Assembly: GCA_937924525.1 (NCBI GenBank)
Contig: CALDSU010000002.1
Coordinates: forward strand, 311,069 to 375,068
DNA: 64,000 nt
Direction: 5' to 3'
From: an uncultured Bryobacteraceae bacterium
GTDB lineage: Bacteria; Acidobacteriota; Terriglobia; Bryobacterales; Bryobacteraceae
Position 1 is the stretch's first letter. Every line of letters begins with the position of its first letter. The notes under the pieces were generated by a model. It did not search any database. It saw only the letters and a list, made by a program, of their open reading frames with translations, and had not been told where the DNA came from. The position numbers and the translations under genes were made by a program. Below are positions 1-10,429 of this stretch, in pieces.

Positions 1-23
1 CGGAAGCGTGGACCACGGCTAGC

Positions 24-1205
24 TTGGTTCCAAGGCTCCGTGAAGCGGGCGTCGACGCCATATTTTTAGATGCCCAAAAACTCCCGGAAGTCGCGGATGC
101 CGCCCGCGGCGCCGGCTTGGCCATCCTGCCGCCCGGCGAGCCGCCCGCCGGCGTGGCGCTGATCAAAGGCTCCTGGCCGGGTGTGAAAGGCGCGAACGAC
201 GCCGGAGGCGTCGATGCGGGTCCGACTGGGGCGCCCTGGATCGATGCCAACACCTGGCTGGTCCAACTCGAACGGGTGCGCAGTCCCGGCAAGGCGATCT
301 GGGTGGACACCGAACTTCCCAAGGATCTGAAACCCGGGTTTCCCCTGGAACTGCCCTTCGCGGACGCGGCGATGTGTGGCGGCCAGTGGATCGTCGCGCT
401 GCCCGAAACCATGGCGCGCGCGCTCATCAACGGTGACGAGGCGGCGGTGGCGGCGGGAAGGCGCGTGTCGGCCGCGGCTGCCTTCTTCCAGGAGCACGCG
501 GCGTGGCGGACCTATCCGCCGGTCGCCCGGCTTGCCGTCCTTTCGTCTTTTTCCGGCGAGGGCGAATACCTCAGCACCGAGATCCTCAACCTGACCGCCC
601 GGCTGAACCAGCCGTTCCGTCCGGTGCTGCTCGATTCGTTCACGCCGGCGTCCCTGGATGGCATCCGCGCCGTGATCTACGCCGAGCCTGGCGAGCCGGC
701 GCCGCCGGTGCGAAAGGCGCTGCTCCGCTTCGTCGAACAGGGAGGCCTCCTGCTGCTGGGGACGCCCTGGAGCCAGCTTGGGGGCAAGCCGCTGCCAGCG
801 CTGTCGGAACAGGACGGCGCGTTCCGGCGCTACCGTTTTTTCCAGGTCGGCCGGGGCCGCGTGGCGGTGTCGAAGGAGGAGTGGAACGATCCGTACCTGG
901 TGGCCCATGAGGCAAAGGTGATCTGCACCGGAGAGATGGACCTTTTCCGCTGGTGGAACCTGAGCGCCTGCGGTTCGTACCTGACGCGGTCCCCCGACGG
1001 AAAAACGCTGCTCCAGGTGGTGAATTACGTCACGCACCCCAGCCGGTACGCTCCCACGCTGTTCGTCGCCGGTTCCTTCCGCGAGGCCCGTCTCTGGGGG
1101 CTGGGCGACGCCGCTCCCGCGGTTTTGAAACTGATTCCGGTGCGAGGCGGCGTGGAGATGGAACTGCCTCCCATACCGGTCTATGCCGCCGTCGAACTGG
1201 CGTGA
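24..1205 (+). CDS. hypothetical protein (family not recognised); 5' end may lie outside the window
   Basis: 393-codon ORF with the strong G/C third-position bias seen in all credible genes here. The frame is open from nt 3, and TTG at 24 is only the first start-like codon. Stop TGA 1203-1205. Confidence 0.55.
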   Translation: MVPRLREAGVDAIFLDAQKLPEVADAARGAGLAILPPGEPPAGVALIKGSWPGVKGANDAGGVDAGPTGAPWIDANTWLVQLERVRSPGKAIWVDTELPKDLKPGFPLELPFADAAMCGGQWIVALPETMARALINGDEAAVAAGRRVSAAAAFFQEHAAWRTYPPVARLAVLSSFSGEGEYLSTEILNLTARLNQPFRPVLLDSFTPASLDGIRAVIYAEPGEPAPPVRKALLRFVEQGGLLLLGTPWSQLGGKPLPALSEQDGAFRRYRFFQVGRGRVAVSKEEWNDPYLVAHEAKVICTGEMDLFRWWNLSACGSYLTRSPDGKTLLQVVNYVTHPSRYAPTLFVAGSFREARLWGLGDAAPAVLKLIPVRGGVEMELPPIPVYAAVELA

Positions 1206-1731
1206 CGAGCCTGCCGCCGGCGCCGCCGAACGGGAAACGCTGCTGATCCGCCTCCGCGAAAGGATCGTCGCTTTCGCGGCATCACAAACAGGGAGGGAAA
1301 ACGCCGAGGATCTGGCCCAGGAGGTGCTGGTGCTCCTCGAGGAGAAATATCCGCACGTTACCGCGCTGGACGAACTCGTGCCCCTGTCTCTGAAGATCGT
1401 ACGGTTCAAACTGGCTGGGTGGCGGCGGAAGGCGCACCGGCGCGGCGAATTTTCCCGTGTGCCGGTGGAAGATCTTCCGCTCGCCGATGGCGGGGAAAGC
1501 CCGCTGGACGCCGCCGAACGGAGGGAGATGCTGGACCGTCTGCGGCGCGCGCTGGCCGGTCTGGGCGCGCGGTGCCGCGAGCTGTTCCGGCTGAAGCTGG
1601 AGGGCCGCACGTTCGCGGAAATCCAGGCGCATTTCGGCGCTGCGACCCTCAACACGGTGTATACCTGGGACTTTCGCTGCCGCAAGGAATTGTTGGATCG
1701 GATGGGAGGAAAATGGGAGGCGGAGCCGTGA
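1183..1731 (+). CDS. ECF-type RNA polymerase sigma-70 family factor
   Basis: 182 aa. Region-2-like AEDLAQEVLVLLEEKY...LKIVRFKLAGWRRK and region-4 HTH-like RELFRLKLEGRTFAEIQAHFGAATLNTVYTWDFRCRKEL. ATG 1183 overlaps the upstream gene by 23 nt. The stop overlaps the next start (GTGA 1728-1731). Confidence 0.8.
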   Translation: MPPSNWRDEPAAGAAERETLLIRLRERIVAFAASQTGRENAEDLAQEVLVLLEEKYPHVTALDELVPLSLKIVRFKLAGWRRKAHRRGEFSRVPVEDLPLADGGESPLDAAERREMLDRLRRALAGLGARCRELFRLKLEGRTFAEIQAHFGAATLNTVYTWDFRCRKELLDRMGGKWEAEP

Positions 1732-2894
1732 AGCCCGACGACCTCCAGAAACTGCTGGGCGGATACGCGGCCGGCGCCCTCACGCCGCGGGAGCGGGAAG
1801 CATTGTTTCGCGGGGCGCTGGAAGATCAGGCGCTGTTTGACGCGCTGGTGAAGGAGGACGCGTTGCGCGACCTGCTGTCCGATCGCGCCGCGCGAGCGGA
1901 ACTGCTGGCGGCCCTCGAGGAGCGGCGCGGTCCCCGGGCATGGCTTGGCTGGCTGCGCCGGCCGGCCGCCGCGCTGGCGACGGCGGGCGCGCTGGCCGTC
2001 GCCGTACTCGTCCTGGTCACCGCGCCAAGGCCCGCGGGACGCATCGAAATGGCCAAGGTAGAGATTCCCGCGCCGCTTGGAGCGCAAGAAGACCGCGTCC
2101 CTTCCAGCCTGTCGCCGGCGCTGGAGGACGAAGGCGCGGCGGGCAAGAGGGGGGAGCCGCAAAAGCAGACACGCTCGCGGGCCCTTGCGACGCCGCCAGC
2201 GCCGCCGCGCGAGCGGGACGCGGCGCCGTGGTTTCCATCCGTGTCCGGCCGGGCTGAACCACCGGAGCAGAAACTTGCCGAGGCCCGCGAGCAGGCGCTG
2301 TTGGAACCGAACCGGGACAGGCCCGGCGCTCCGCTCGCGGAAGGCCCGCAAGCCGCGGCCTGGGGCGCGCAGGAAGGCGCCCGGTTGGAGCCGGAAACGC
2401 GCCGCGAAGCTGTCATGGTCGGTCAAAGGACGCCGCCACCCGCGCCGGCTTCTCCCGCGCCAGGCGTCGCCGGCGGGCCTCCGGCAGGACATCCACCGCC
2501 AGAAGCGGTGAGCAAAGCGCCGTCGGGCGTTACCCTTGCCGGCGAGGTGACCGAACCGCGCGAAGCTACCGAGCGATACCAGCCCAGAGCTGCCGCCGGC
2601 GCGGAGGCAGTTCCCATGAAGGAACAGTTGGCGAGGAAGAAGGTAGAGCCGGCCTCCTGGCGCATTCTGGCGGTGTCGGGAGACACCGTGACGATCGAGC
2701 CGCTGCCGGACCGGCCGCTTGCCGTGGGCGTCCGGCTGGGCGTGTGGAGGGGCTTCACCCGCATTGGCGAATTGACCGTCAGCCGCATCGCGGTCTCCGG
2801 TGTGGAGGCGCGGTTCACAGGGTCCAGCCGGCCGCGCCCGGGGGATTCCGCCAGACCGCTCGAGCCGGCCGGCAGCGGATATAATCAACGATAA
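1728..2894 (+). CDS. putative anti-sigma factor (single-pass membrane protein)
   Basis: In-frame GTG 1728 inside the 1419..2894 ORF, coupled to the sigma-factor stop. N-terminal LLGGYAAGALTPREREALFRGALEDQALFDAL resembles anti-sigma N-domains. One TM helix (AAALATAGALAVAVLVLVTAP), a Pro/Ala-rich linker and a small beta-rich C-terminal domain. It sits directly after the ECF sigma gene. Confidence 0.6.
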   Translation: MKPDDLQKLLGGYAAGALTPREREALFRGALEDQALFDALVKEDALRDLLSDRAARAELLAALEERRGPRAWLGWLRRPAAALATAGALAVAVLVLVTAPRPAGRIEMAKVEIPAPLGAQEDRVPSSLSPALEDEGAAGKRGEPQKQTRSRALATPPAPPRERDAAPWFPSVSGRAEPPEQKLAEAREQALLEPNRDRPGAPLAEGPQAAAWGAQEGARLEPETRREAVMVGQRTPPPAPASPAPGVAGGPPAGHPPPEAVSKAPSGVTLAGEVTEPREATERYQPRAAAGAEAVPMKEQLARKKVEPASWRILAVSGDTVTIEPLPDRPLAVGVRLGVWRGFTRIGELTVSRIAVSGVEARFTGSSRPRPGDSARPLEPAGSGYNQR

Positions 2895-3000
2895 CGCTGC
2901 CCGATGCCGGAGGGCGTGTCGGCGGTGTTCTCGGGGATCTTGTTGGGGGCGGAACCAATCCTGCTAGGCCGGTCCTCCGGCGCCACGCTGCACAAAAGGA

Positions 3001-5445
3001 GTGACGCAAGCAGACATGAATTCGCACGAATCCGCCACCGTCCGCGCCGGGCTCCGCTGGCCCTCGACGGACGAGTTGACGGTTGTTCACGACCGCGCTC
3101 TCCGGACTTTGAGCGACGGCGCGCCGCTTTGGGCTGCCTTGCGGATCGTCATGGAGTGGTGGGCGGGTCACCTGCCGGGATGCTGGGCCGTCATGCTCGC
3201 CCCGGAGGAAAGCGGCGGCTTGCAGGTGGTGGCCTCCCCCGGACTCCCGCCGCCATTGGCGCAGGCCGTGACCGCGCATCGCGAGCGTCTGCTTGGCGTG
3301 CGCGCCGGTTTGCGCCGCCCTGAATCTGCGGCTGGGGACGCCGGGACGGGCGCGCTGGCCCCGAATCAGGATTTGCGTCAGGCGGCTGCGGCCGCTGGAT
3401 GGCGGCTGGTCGCGGCCCGCGCCATTTGGGATATGGAGGACCGCTTCCTGGCCGCCATCATGGCGTTTTCCTCGCCCGATGCCGCCCCTCCCCCCGAGCC
3501 GGTGGTCGAAAGCGGCCTGCTGTTGACGCGCTGCACCTTGCTGGGCTGGCGGGAAATGACCGAGCGGCTGGCGGTGGAGCAGCGCCTGCACGCGCTCGCC
3601 GACAGCCGCCATGAGTCGGTCGCCATCATGGATCGGGATGGACGATACGAATACATCAATCACTCGGTACTGGGTTATGACACAAGCGAGATTCGGGGCC
3701 GCACGTTCTGGCAGGTGCTGCATCCCGGGGACCGCCCGGCCGTCGAGAAGGCCGTGGAAACCCTGCTTGCCGAATCCGGCGCGGCGATCCTGCTCGAGGT
3801 GCGGGCCCGCCACCGCGACGGTTCCTGGCGCACGCTGGAGGTGCACGCCCGCAACCTGCTCGATCACCCGGCCGTCCGGGGCATCATCCTGCGAACGCGC
3901 GATATCACCGAGCGCCGCAGGGCCGAGGCCGAACTGGTGGCCAGCGAAGAGCGATTCCGGAATCTGTTTGAGTACGCCGGCGATTTGATTTTTACGCACG
4001 ATCTGAGCGGGCTCATCACCTCGTTCAATCAGACCGCGGAGCGCGTGACCGGCTACAGCCGCCAGGAAGCCCAGGGTATGCCCTTGGCGAGCCTGTTGAG
4101 CGCCGAAGATCAGGCGGCTCTCCAGCAGGCGATGGATTGCCTGCTCGGCGGCCAAAATTCGGTGAAGTATCGCCTGGATCTGATCGCGCGGAATGGCGTG
4201 TCTTGTCCTACGGAAGTCAGCTCGCGGTTGATTTTTCAGGACGGACGGCCCGCCGGCGTGCAGAGCATCGCCCGGGACATTCGGGAGCGGCAGCGGCTGG
4301 AATCCCAGTTGCTCCAGGCCCAGAAGATGGAGGCCATCGGCCGGCTGGCCGGCGGCATAGCCCATGATTTCAACAATCTGCTGACCGTGATCACCGGGTA
4401 TACCCAATGGATGCTGGACGAGCTGCCGCCTGATCATCCTCTCCGGCCGGCGGCCACCGAGACGCTGCTGGCGGCGGATCGCGCCAGCGCGCTCACCAAC
4501 CAACTGCTGGCCTTCAGCCGCAACCAAGTTTACCAACCGGAACCGGTGGACCTCAACGTGATCGTGGCGCGGCTGGACCGCATGCTCCGGCGGATCATCG
4601 GCGAGGACATCGAACTCTCCGTATCGATGGCGCCGCAGCTTGGGCGCGTGCGCGCCGATGCCGGACAGCTCGAGCAGGTGCTGCTGAACCTGGTGGTGAA
4701 TGCCCGCGACGCCATGCCCGGCGGGGGGAAGCTGTTGGTGCAAACCGCCGATGTCGACGTCCGCGAGAGCGACTCCGCCGAAACAGGGTGCCCGCCTGGA
4801 TCATACGTCATGATTCTGGTCGCCGACACCGGCTGCGGCATGGACGCCAAGACCAAGGAGCGCATCTTCGAGCCTTTCTTCACCACCAAGGAAAAGGGAA
4901 AGGGCACCGGTTTAGGCCTGGCGACGGTTTATGGAATTCTGAGCCAAAACCGTGGGCACATCACGGTGGAGAGCGCGCCGGGGCAGGGAAGTGTGTTCCG
5001 GGTGTATTTGCCGCGGCTGGCCGAACCTGCGGGCGGCGCATGGGCCGCACCCCGCGAAACCGGGCGGGCGGCGGGCGGCGAGACCATTCTGCTCGTCGAA
5101 GATGAAAGAGGGGTCCGCCGCGTCATCCGCGAAATGCTCGAGCGCCACGGCTACAAAGTGCTCGAGGCCGCCGACGGACACGCGGCGGAGTGGACCTTCC
5201 GCGCTCACGATGCCGCCATCGATCTGCTGATCACCGACGTGGTGATGCCGGAGATCAACGGCCGGGAACTGGCTTCGCTGCTCAAGGCGCTGCGGCCGGA
5301 TCTGAAGGTCCTGTTCATTTCGGGCTATACCGACGACGCGATTCTCCAGAACCACATTATGAGTCCCGGGGTTTCTTTCCTACAGAAGCCGTTCACGCCG
5401 GATACGCTGGCCCGCAAAGTCCGCGAAGTGCTCGACGGGGCGTGA
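3001..5445 (+). CDS. PAS-domain hybrid sensor histidine kinase / response regulator
   Basis: 814 aa. PAS-like segments, H-box HDFNNLLTVITGY, ATPase boxes DTGCGMD and GTGLGLATVYGIL, and a C-terminal receiver (ILLVEDERGVR...LLITDVVMPEINGREL...KVLFISGY). Alternative ATG start at 3016. Confidence 0.85.
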   Translation: MTQADMNSHESATVRAGLRWPSTDELTVVHDRALRTLSDGAPLWAALRIVMEWWAGHLPGCWAVMLAPEESGGLQVVASPGLPPPLAQAVTAHRERLLGVRAGLRRPESAAGDAGTGALAPNQDLRQAAAAAGWRLVAARAIWDMEDRFLAAIMAFSSPDAAPPPEPVVESGLLLTRCTLLGWREMTERLAVEQRLHALADSRHESVAIMDRDGRYEYINHSVLGYDTSEIRGRTFWQVLHPGDRPAVEKAVETLLAESGAAILLEVRARHRDGSWRTLEVHARNLLDHPAVRGIILRTRDITERRRAEAELVASEERFRNLFEYAGDLIFTHDLSGLITSFNQTAERVTGYSRQEAQGMPLASLLSAEDQAALQQAMDCLLGGQNSVKYRLDLIARNGVSCPTEVSSRLIFQDGRPAGVQSIARDIRERQRLESQLLQAQKMEAIGRLAGGIAHDFNNLLTVITGYTQWMLDELPPDHPLRPAATETLLAADRASALTNQLLAFSRNQVYQPEPVDLNVIVARLDRMLRRIIGEDIELSVSMAPQLGRVRADAGQLEQVLLNLVVNARDAMPGGGKLLVQTADVDVRESDSAETGCPPGSYVMILVADTGCGMDAKTKERIFEPFFTTKEKGKGTGLGLATVYGILSQNRGHITVESAPGQGSVFRVYLPRLAEPAGGAWAAPRETGRAAGGETILLVEDERGVRRVIREMLERHGYKVLEAADGHAAEWTFRAHDAAIDLLITDVVMPEINGRELASLLKALRPDLKVLFISGYTDDAILQNHIMSPGVSFLQKPFTPDTLARKVREVLDGA

Positions 5446-5550
5446 GAAATCCGCCGCTGGCGACCCTTCCCGCGGAGCTTGACAGCGGCCGCGGAGGCGC
5501 CAGAGGGGCGGCTTTCCCGGGCGCGCGACGCTGCCCAGACTGGACTCGTC

Positions 5551-7020
5551 TCATCGTCCAAACAGCTTGGCGGACTGAACCGCGAACTCCAGAATCCGGG
5601 ACGGGAAGATGCCCAGCAGCAACACGCCGGCGGCGGAGGTGAATAACGCCGTTCGCAAACCAGCCGGCAAGGGCTCCAGGTTTTCGGTCGCCTCGCCCGG
5701 TTCGCGCATGTACATGACCACCAGCATCCGCAGGTAGTAATACGCCGCCACGGCGCTGTTGAGCAGCCCGAGCACCGTCAGCCAGATCAGCTTGGATTCG
5801 AGGGCCGCCTTGAAGATGTAAAACTTGCCAAAAAAGCCGCCGGTCAGCGGCACGCCGATCAGCGAGCACAGAAAGATGGTGAGCGCGGCCGCCACCGCGG
5901 GCCGGCGCGAACCGAGGCCGGCCAGGTCGTCGATGCCCACGTACTTCTCGCCTTTGCCGCAGATATAAGCCACCACGGCGAATGCGCCGACGTTCATCAG
6001 GGCATACGCGGCCAGGTAGAACATGGCCGCGGCCGTGCCAATGTCGGAACGGGCGCAGAGCGCCACCAGCACGTAGCCGGCGTGCGCGATCGAACTGTAC
6101 GCCAGCATCCGCTTTACGTTCGATTGGGTCAGCGCGGCAAAGTTGCCGATGGTCATCGAGGCCAGCGCGAAGACCCAGATGATCGGCTCCCAGCGGTCGC
6201 CAATCGGCTCGAAGATGGTCACGAACACCCGCAGGAAGATGGCGAAAGCGGCCGCCTTGGGGCCCGCCGACATGAACGCGGTGACGGGCGTCGGCGCGCC
6301 CTGGTAGACGTCGGGCGCCCACATCTGAAACGGCGCGCTGGAGATCTTGAACCCAAAGCCCACCAGCATCAGCGCGGCAGCCAAACCCAGCAACAGGGGC
6401 GAGGGTCCATCCGCGCGCAACACGGTCTCCCGGATGGCGGTCAGGTTGGTGGTCCCCGTGGCGCCGTAAAGGAAGGCGATTCCGTAAAGCAGAAACGCGG
6501 TGGCGAACGAGCCCAGCAGGAAGTATTTCAGCGCGGATTCGTTGGCGCGGGCGTCGTCCCGCAGCAGGCCCGCCATTACGTAAGTCGCGATCGAGGAGAT
6601 CTCCAGGCCGATGAAGATCATGATGAGTTCGTTCGCCGTCACCATCACGCCCTGTCCGGCCACCGAGAACAGCACCAAGGCGTAATATTCGCCGGTGTTG
6701 GCGCCTTCGCGCGACAGATAGCGGTATGACGAAAACACCGTGAGGATGCCGACCGCGATCACCACGACCCGGAAGAACGTGGCGAAACCGTCAACCAACA
6801 GCATCGACGAAAAGGCGGGGCCCGGACTGCCGTGCACGGCCACCGCCGCCACCAGGGCGGCGAACAGCGCGGCCAGCGACACATGGCCGAGCGCGTTCTT
6901 CGGTTGCCGGTCGCCAGTGAGGGCCTCCAGCACCATGATCAGCGTGCCCCCGAGGGCCAGGATGATCTCCGGCAGGAACCGGAAGATTTCCACCGGGGCG
7001 GGGAACAGGTTAGCGGGCAT
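5551..7020 (-). CDS. nuoN: NADH-quinone oxidoreductase subunit N
   Basis: 489-aa polytopic antiporter-like protein and the last gene of the nuo operon. Its start overlaps the nuoM end by 11 nt. Confidence 0.9.
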   Translation of the reverse strand: MPANLFPAPVEIFRFLPEIILALGGTLIMVLEALTGDRQPKNALGHVSLAALFAALVAAVAVHGSPGPAFSSMLLVDGFATFFRVVVIAVGILTVFSSYRYLSREGANTGEYYALVLFSVAGQGVMVTANELIMIFIGLEISSIATYVMAGLLRDDARANESALKYFLLGSFATAFLLYGIAFLYGATGTTNLTAIRETVLRADGPSPLLLGLAAALMLVGFGFKISSAPFQMWAPDVYQGAPTPVTAFMSAGPKAAAFAIFLRVFVTIFEPIGDRWEPIIWVFALASMTIGNFAALTQSNVKRMLAYSSIAHAGYVLVALCARSDIGTAAAMFYLAAYALMNVGAFAVVAYICGKGEKYVGIDDLAGLGSRRPAVAAALTIFLCSLIGVPLTGGFFGKFYIFKAALESKLIWLTVLGLLNSAVAAYYYLRMLVVMYMREPGEATENLEPLPAGLRTALFTSAAGVLLLGIFPSRILEFAVQSAKLFGR

Positions 7021-8536
7021 CAGCGATCTCCTTGGCCGCGACGTCCGGGCGCGGGGCCGGGGTTTGGACGTTGAAGGGCACGTTCACGGTGGTTTGCTGA
7101 AGGATCAGGCGGTTCGCGGCGCTGATGCGGGGTAGAAACGTTTCGGCCGCCGTGCCCATCCACACCATCAGCGCCAGCAGGGGAAGAATGGCCGCCCACT
7201 CGCGCCCGTTCAGATCGGTCATCTGGTGCGTCACCTTCTCCGGCGTTTCCCCGTAAAAGGTGCGCTGATACATCCACAGCATGTAGCAGGCCGAGAGAAT
7301 GACGCCGGTCGCCGCGAAAACGGCCCAGCGGAAGTCCGCTTGCGCCGCTCCTTGCAGCACCAGGAACTCGCCGACGAAGTTGTTCAGCGTCGGCAGCCCG
7401 ATGCTGGCCAGCGTGGTGATCAAGAATACCGTGGAAAGCCACGGCGCAGGCGTCGAGACGCCGCCATAGTCCTGGATCTCCAGCGAATGCCGCCGCTCGT
7501 ACAGATAGCCCACCAGCATGAAGAGCGCGCCCGTCGACACGCCGTGGTTCAGCATCTGGTACACCGCTCCGTCGAATCCCTGCTGGTTGAACGAAAAGAT
7601 GCCGAGAATCACAAAGCCCAGGTGGCTGACGGAAGAGTACGCCACCAGTTTCTTGACGTTGGGCTGGACCATCGCCACCAGCGCCCCGTACACAATGCCG
7701 ACGATCGCCAGCACGGCGATCCACCCGGCGTTCTCGCGCGCGGCGGTGGGGAACATCGGCAGGCAGAAGCGCAGGATCCCGTACGTGCCGAGTTTCAGCA
7801 GGACGGAAGCCAGCATGACGGAACCGGCGGTGGGCGCTTCCACGTGCGCGTCCGGCAGCCAGGTGTGCAGAGGGAACAGCGGCACCTTCACCGCGAACGC
7901 GACGAAAAACGCCAGAAACAACAGCGTTTGTTCGAGGCTGGTAAAGGTCAGCTTGCCGCTGGCCAGCATCGCCAGAATGGCCGGGTAATCGAAGGTGCCG
8001 GCCCGCTGGTACACATAGATGATGGAGGCCAGCATCAACACCGAGGCGGCCATGGTGTAGAGGAAGAACTTGACGGCGGCGTAGATCCGCCGGTCGTGCC
8101 CCCAGATGCCGATCAGGAAGTACATCGGCACCAGTCCGACCTCCCAATACACGTAGAAGAGAAACAGGTCCATGGCCGCGAACACGCCCAGGACGCCAAA
8201 CTCGAGCAGCAGCAGGAAGGCGTGGAATTCCTTCACCCGGCGGTCGATGTACTTCCACGAAATCAGGATCGAAATAGGCGTCAGCAACGTGGTGAGCAGA
8301 ATCAGCCAGATGCTGAGTCCGTCCACCGCGACGTGGTAGCGGATATTCAACTCGGGTATCCAGGCCAGGTCGGTTTCGCGGGGTTCGCCCGCAAGCAGGC
8401 CCAGAGAAAGCCCGAAGATCGCCAGCGACAAAGCCAGCGCCGCCACGCGAATCGTCTTTTCCTGTTCGCGCGGCAGCAGCAGGAGCAACAGAAACGCCGC
8501 CAGAGGAGTGAGGAGGAACCAACCCAGAAAACTCAC
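7010..8536 (-). CDS. nuoM: NADH-quinone oxidoreductase subunit M
   Basis: 508-aa antiporter-like membrane protein. The GTG start overlaps the nuoL stop (GTGA, 8533-8536). Confidence 0.9.
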   Translation of the reverse strand: MSFLGWFLLTPLAAFLLLLLLPREQEKTIRVAALALSLAIFGLSLGLLAGEPRETDLAWIPELNIRYHVAVDGLSIWLILLTTLLTPISILISWKYIDRRVKEFHAFLLLLEFGVLGVFAAMDLFLFYVYWEVGLVPMYFLIGIWGHDRRIYAAVKFFLYTMAASVLMLASIIYVYQRAGTFDYPAILAMLASGKLTFTSLEQTLLFLAFFVAFAVKVPLFPLHTWLPDAHVEAPTAGSVMLASVLLKLGTYGILRFCLPMFPTAARENAGWIAVLAIVGIVYGALVAMVQPNVKKLVAYSSVSHLGFVILGIFSFNQQGFDGAVYQMLNHGVSTGALFMLVGYLYERRHSLEIQDYGGVSTPAPWLSTVFLITTLASIGLPTLNNFVGEFLVLQGAAQADFRWAVFAATGVILSACYMLWMYQRTFYGETPEKVTHQMTDLNGREWAAILPLLALMVWMGTAAETFLPRISAANRLILQQTTVNVPFNVQTPAPRPDVAAKEIADAR

Positions 8537-10389
8537 CGCGCACCTCCCGCCGCCGTGTTCACCACCAGCAGGCCCATGGCGACGATGAGGAACAGGGAGC
8601 CGAACACCACCCAGGTGGCGTAACTGCGGATATTGCCGGACTGGATCAGTTTCAGCACGCCCCCGGCGATCCGGGCTACCGCGCCGACGCCGTTGACGAT
8701 CCCGTCAATCACGCCGACGTCCACCTGCCGCCAGAGCACCGTGCGGGACCCGGTGACCGTGGGACGCACGAACACCGCATCGTACAACTCGTCGACGAAG
8801 TACTTGTTGTACACCAGGCGATACAGGCCGCGGAAGGATTGCGCCAACTGGTCGGGGAGGGCCGGTTTCAGGACGTACAGGTAATAGGCCAGCGCAATGC
8901 CGATCAGTCCGGCGGAGGAGGCAATCACCACCAGCGAGAGGTCGTGGGCGGTCTCTTCCCTCGGCAGCACCGGTTGCAGATACTGGGGAATCTTGATGAA
9001 ACCGCCGCCCAGGGACAGCAGCGCCAGCACCGCCAACGGTCCGGTCATCACCCACGGTGATTCGTGCGGATGATGATGGCCGCGATAGTCGCCGAAGAAG
9101 GTCAGGAACAGGCACCGGAAGACGTAAAAGGCGGTCATGCCCGCCGTCACCACGCCCACCCAATACATCCACGGGTGATGATGATGCGCGGCAAGCAGAA
9201 TCTCGTCCTTGCTGAAGTAGCCCGAAGTAAAGGGGAAGCCGGCGATCGCAAAGCCGGCGCACATCAGGGTGGCGTAGGTCACGGGGATTTTCTTCCGCAG
9301 TCCGCCCATGTGGCGGATGTCCTGTTCGCCTTCCAGCGCGTGGATGACGCTGCCGGCGCCGAGGAACAGCAGCGCTTTAAAGAACGCGTGGGTCATCACG
9401 TGGTAGATACCCGCCGAAAAAGCGCCCACCCCCGCCGCCAGAAACATGTACCCCAACTGCGAGACGGTCGAATAGGCGAAAACCCGCTTGATGTCGTTTT
9501 GCAGCAGGCCGATGGTAGCGGCGAACACCGCCGTCGCCAAGCCGACCAGCGCCACCACCTCCATCGCCAGCGGCGCAGCCTGGTAAAGCGGAGCCGAACG
9601 CGCCACCATGTATACGCCCGCCGTCACCATGGTGGCTGCGTGAATCAGGGCCGAGACCGGCGTCGGACCTTCCATGGCGTCCGGCAGCCAGACAAACAGC
9701 GGGATCTGCGCCGACTTCCCCGTCGCGCCGACCAGCAGCAGCAGGGCGATCAGATTCAGCGTCTCTTCCGGCTTGCCGGACACCGCCGGCAACACCACCG
9801 AGAATTCCAGCGAACGGAAGTGGATCACGATGAGGAAGAGGGCCAGCATAAAGCCGAAATCGCCGATGCGATTGACGATAAAAGCCTTGTTGCCCGCGTT
9901 GGTCGCGCTCTGCTTCAGGAAGTAGAACCCGATCAACAGGTAGCTGCACAGCCCCACGCCCTCCCAGCCGACAAACATCAGCAGGTAGTTGGCGGCCATC
10001 ACCAGGATGAGCATGAAGAACATGAACAGGTTCATGTACGCGAAGAAGCGAGCGTAACCGCCCTCGTGGGCCATGTACCCCACCGCGTAAATGTGAATCA
10101 GCGTGCCGATGCCGGTCACCACCATCAGCATCACCGCGGTAAGCCGGTCCACTTGCAGGTCAAACCCGAAGCGCAAGTCGCCGCTCTGGAACCAGGTGAA
10201 ATACTGCTCCACGTGTGGCGTATCCAGGCTGCCCAGCGCCGCCAGGACCTTCACCGCCCAGAGCAAGGACAAAACCACCGATCCGACGGCCACGGCGCTC
10301 ACCGTGGATTTCGGGAATCTCTTCCCGAAAATCCCGTTTACCGCGAACCCGATCAGCGGGAGAGTAGGTATCAGCCAGAGATGCTGCAT
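8533..10389 (-). CDS. nuoL: NADH-quinone oxidoreductase subunit L
   Basis: 618-aa antiporter-like membrane protein with the long C-terminal extension typical of NuoL. Operon position between nuoK and nuoM. Confidence 0.9.
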   Translation of the reverse strand: MQHLWLIPTLPLIGFAVNGIFGKRFPKSTVSAVAVGSVVLSLLWAVKVLAALGSLDTPHVEQYFTWFQSGDLRFGFDLQVDRLTAVMLMVVTGIGTLIHIYAVGYMAHEGGYARFFAYMNLFMFFMLILVMAANYLLMFVGWEGVGLCSYLLIGFYFLKQSATNAGNKAFIVNRIGDFGFMLALFLIVIHFRSLEFSVVLPAVSGKPEETLNLIALLLLVGATGKSAQIPLFVWLPDAMEGPTPVSALIHAATMVTAGVYMVARSAPLYQAAPLAMEVVALVGLATAVFAATIGLLQNDIKRVFAYSTVSQLGYMFLAAGVGAFSAGIYHVMTHAFFKALLFLGAGSVIHALEGEQDIRHMGGLRKKIPVTYATLMCAGFAIAGFPFTSGYFSKDEILLAAHHHHPWMYWVGVVTAGMTAFYVFRCLFLTFFGDYRGHHHPHESPWVMTGPLAVLALLSLGGGFIKIPQYLQPVLPREETAHDLSLVVIASSAGLIGIALAYYLYVLKPALPDQLAQSFRGLYRLVYNKYFVDELYDAVFVRPTVTGSRTVLWRQVDVGVIDGIVNGVGAVARIAGGVLKLIQSGNIRSYATWVVFGSLFLIVAMGLLVVNTAAGGAR

Positions 10390-10429
10390 GTCATTCCGGT
10401 TTTTCGCCGCGCTTGGTTCCTTCGCGGCA

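Noticed and set aside
66-2888. 940-aa ORF on the minus strand spanning the first three plus-strand genes
   Set aside because: The translation is Arg/Gly/Pro/Ala-rich low complexity with no motifs. The opposite strand carries a recognisable ECF sigma factor and has the proper G/C third-position bias. Long stop-free antisense frames are expected at this G+C content.
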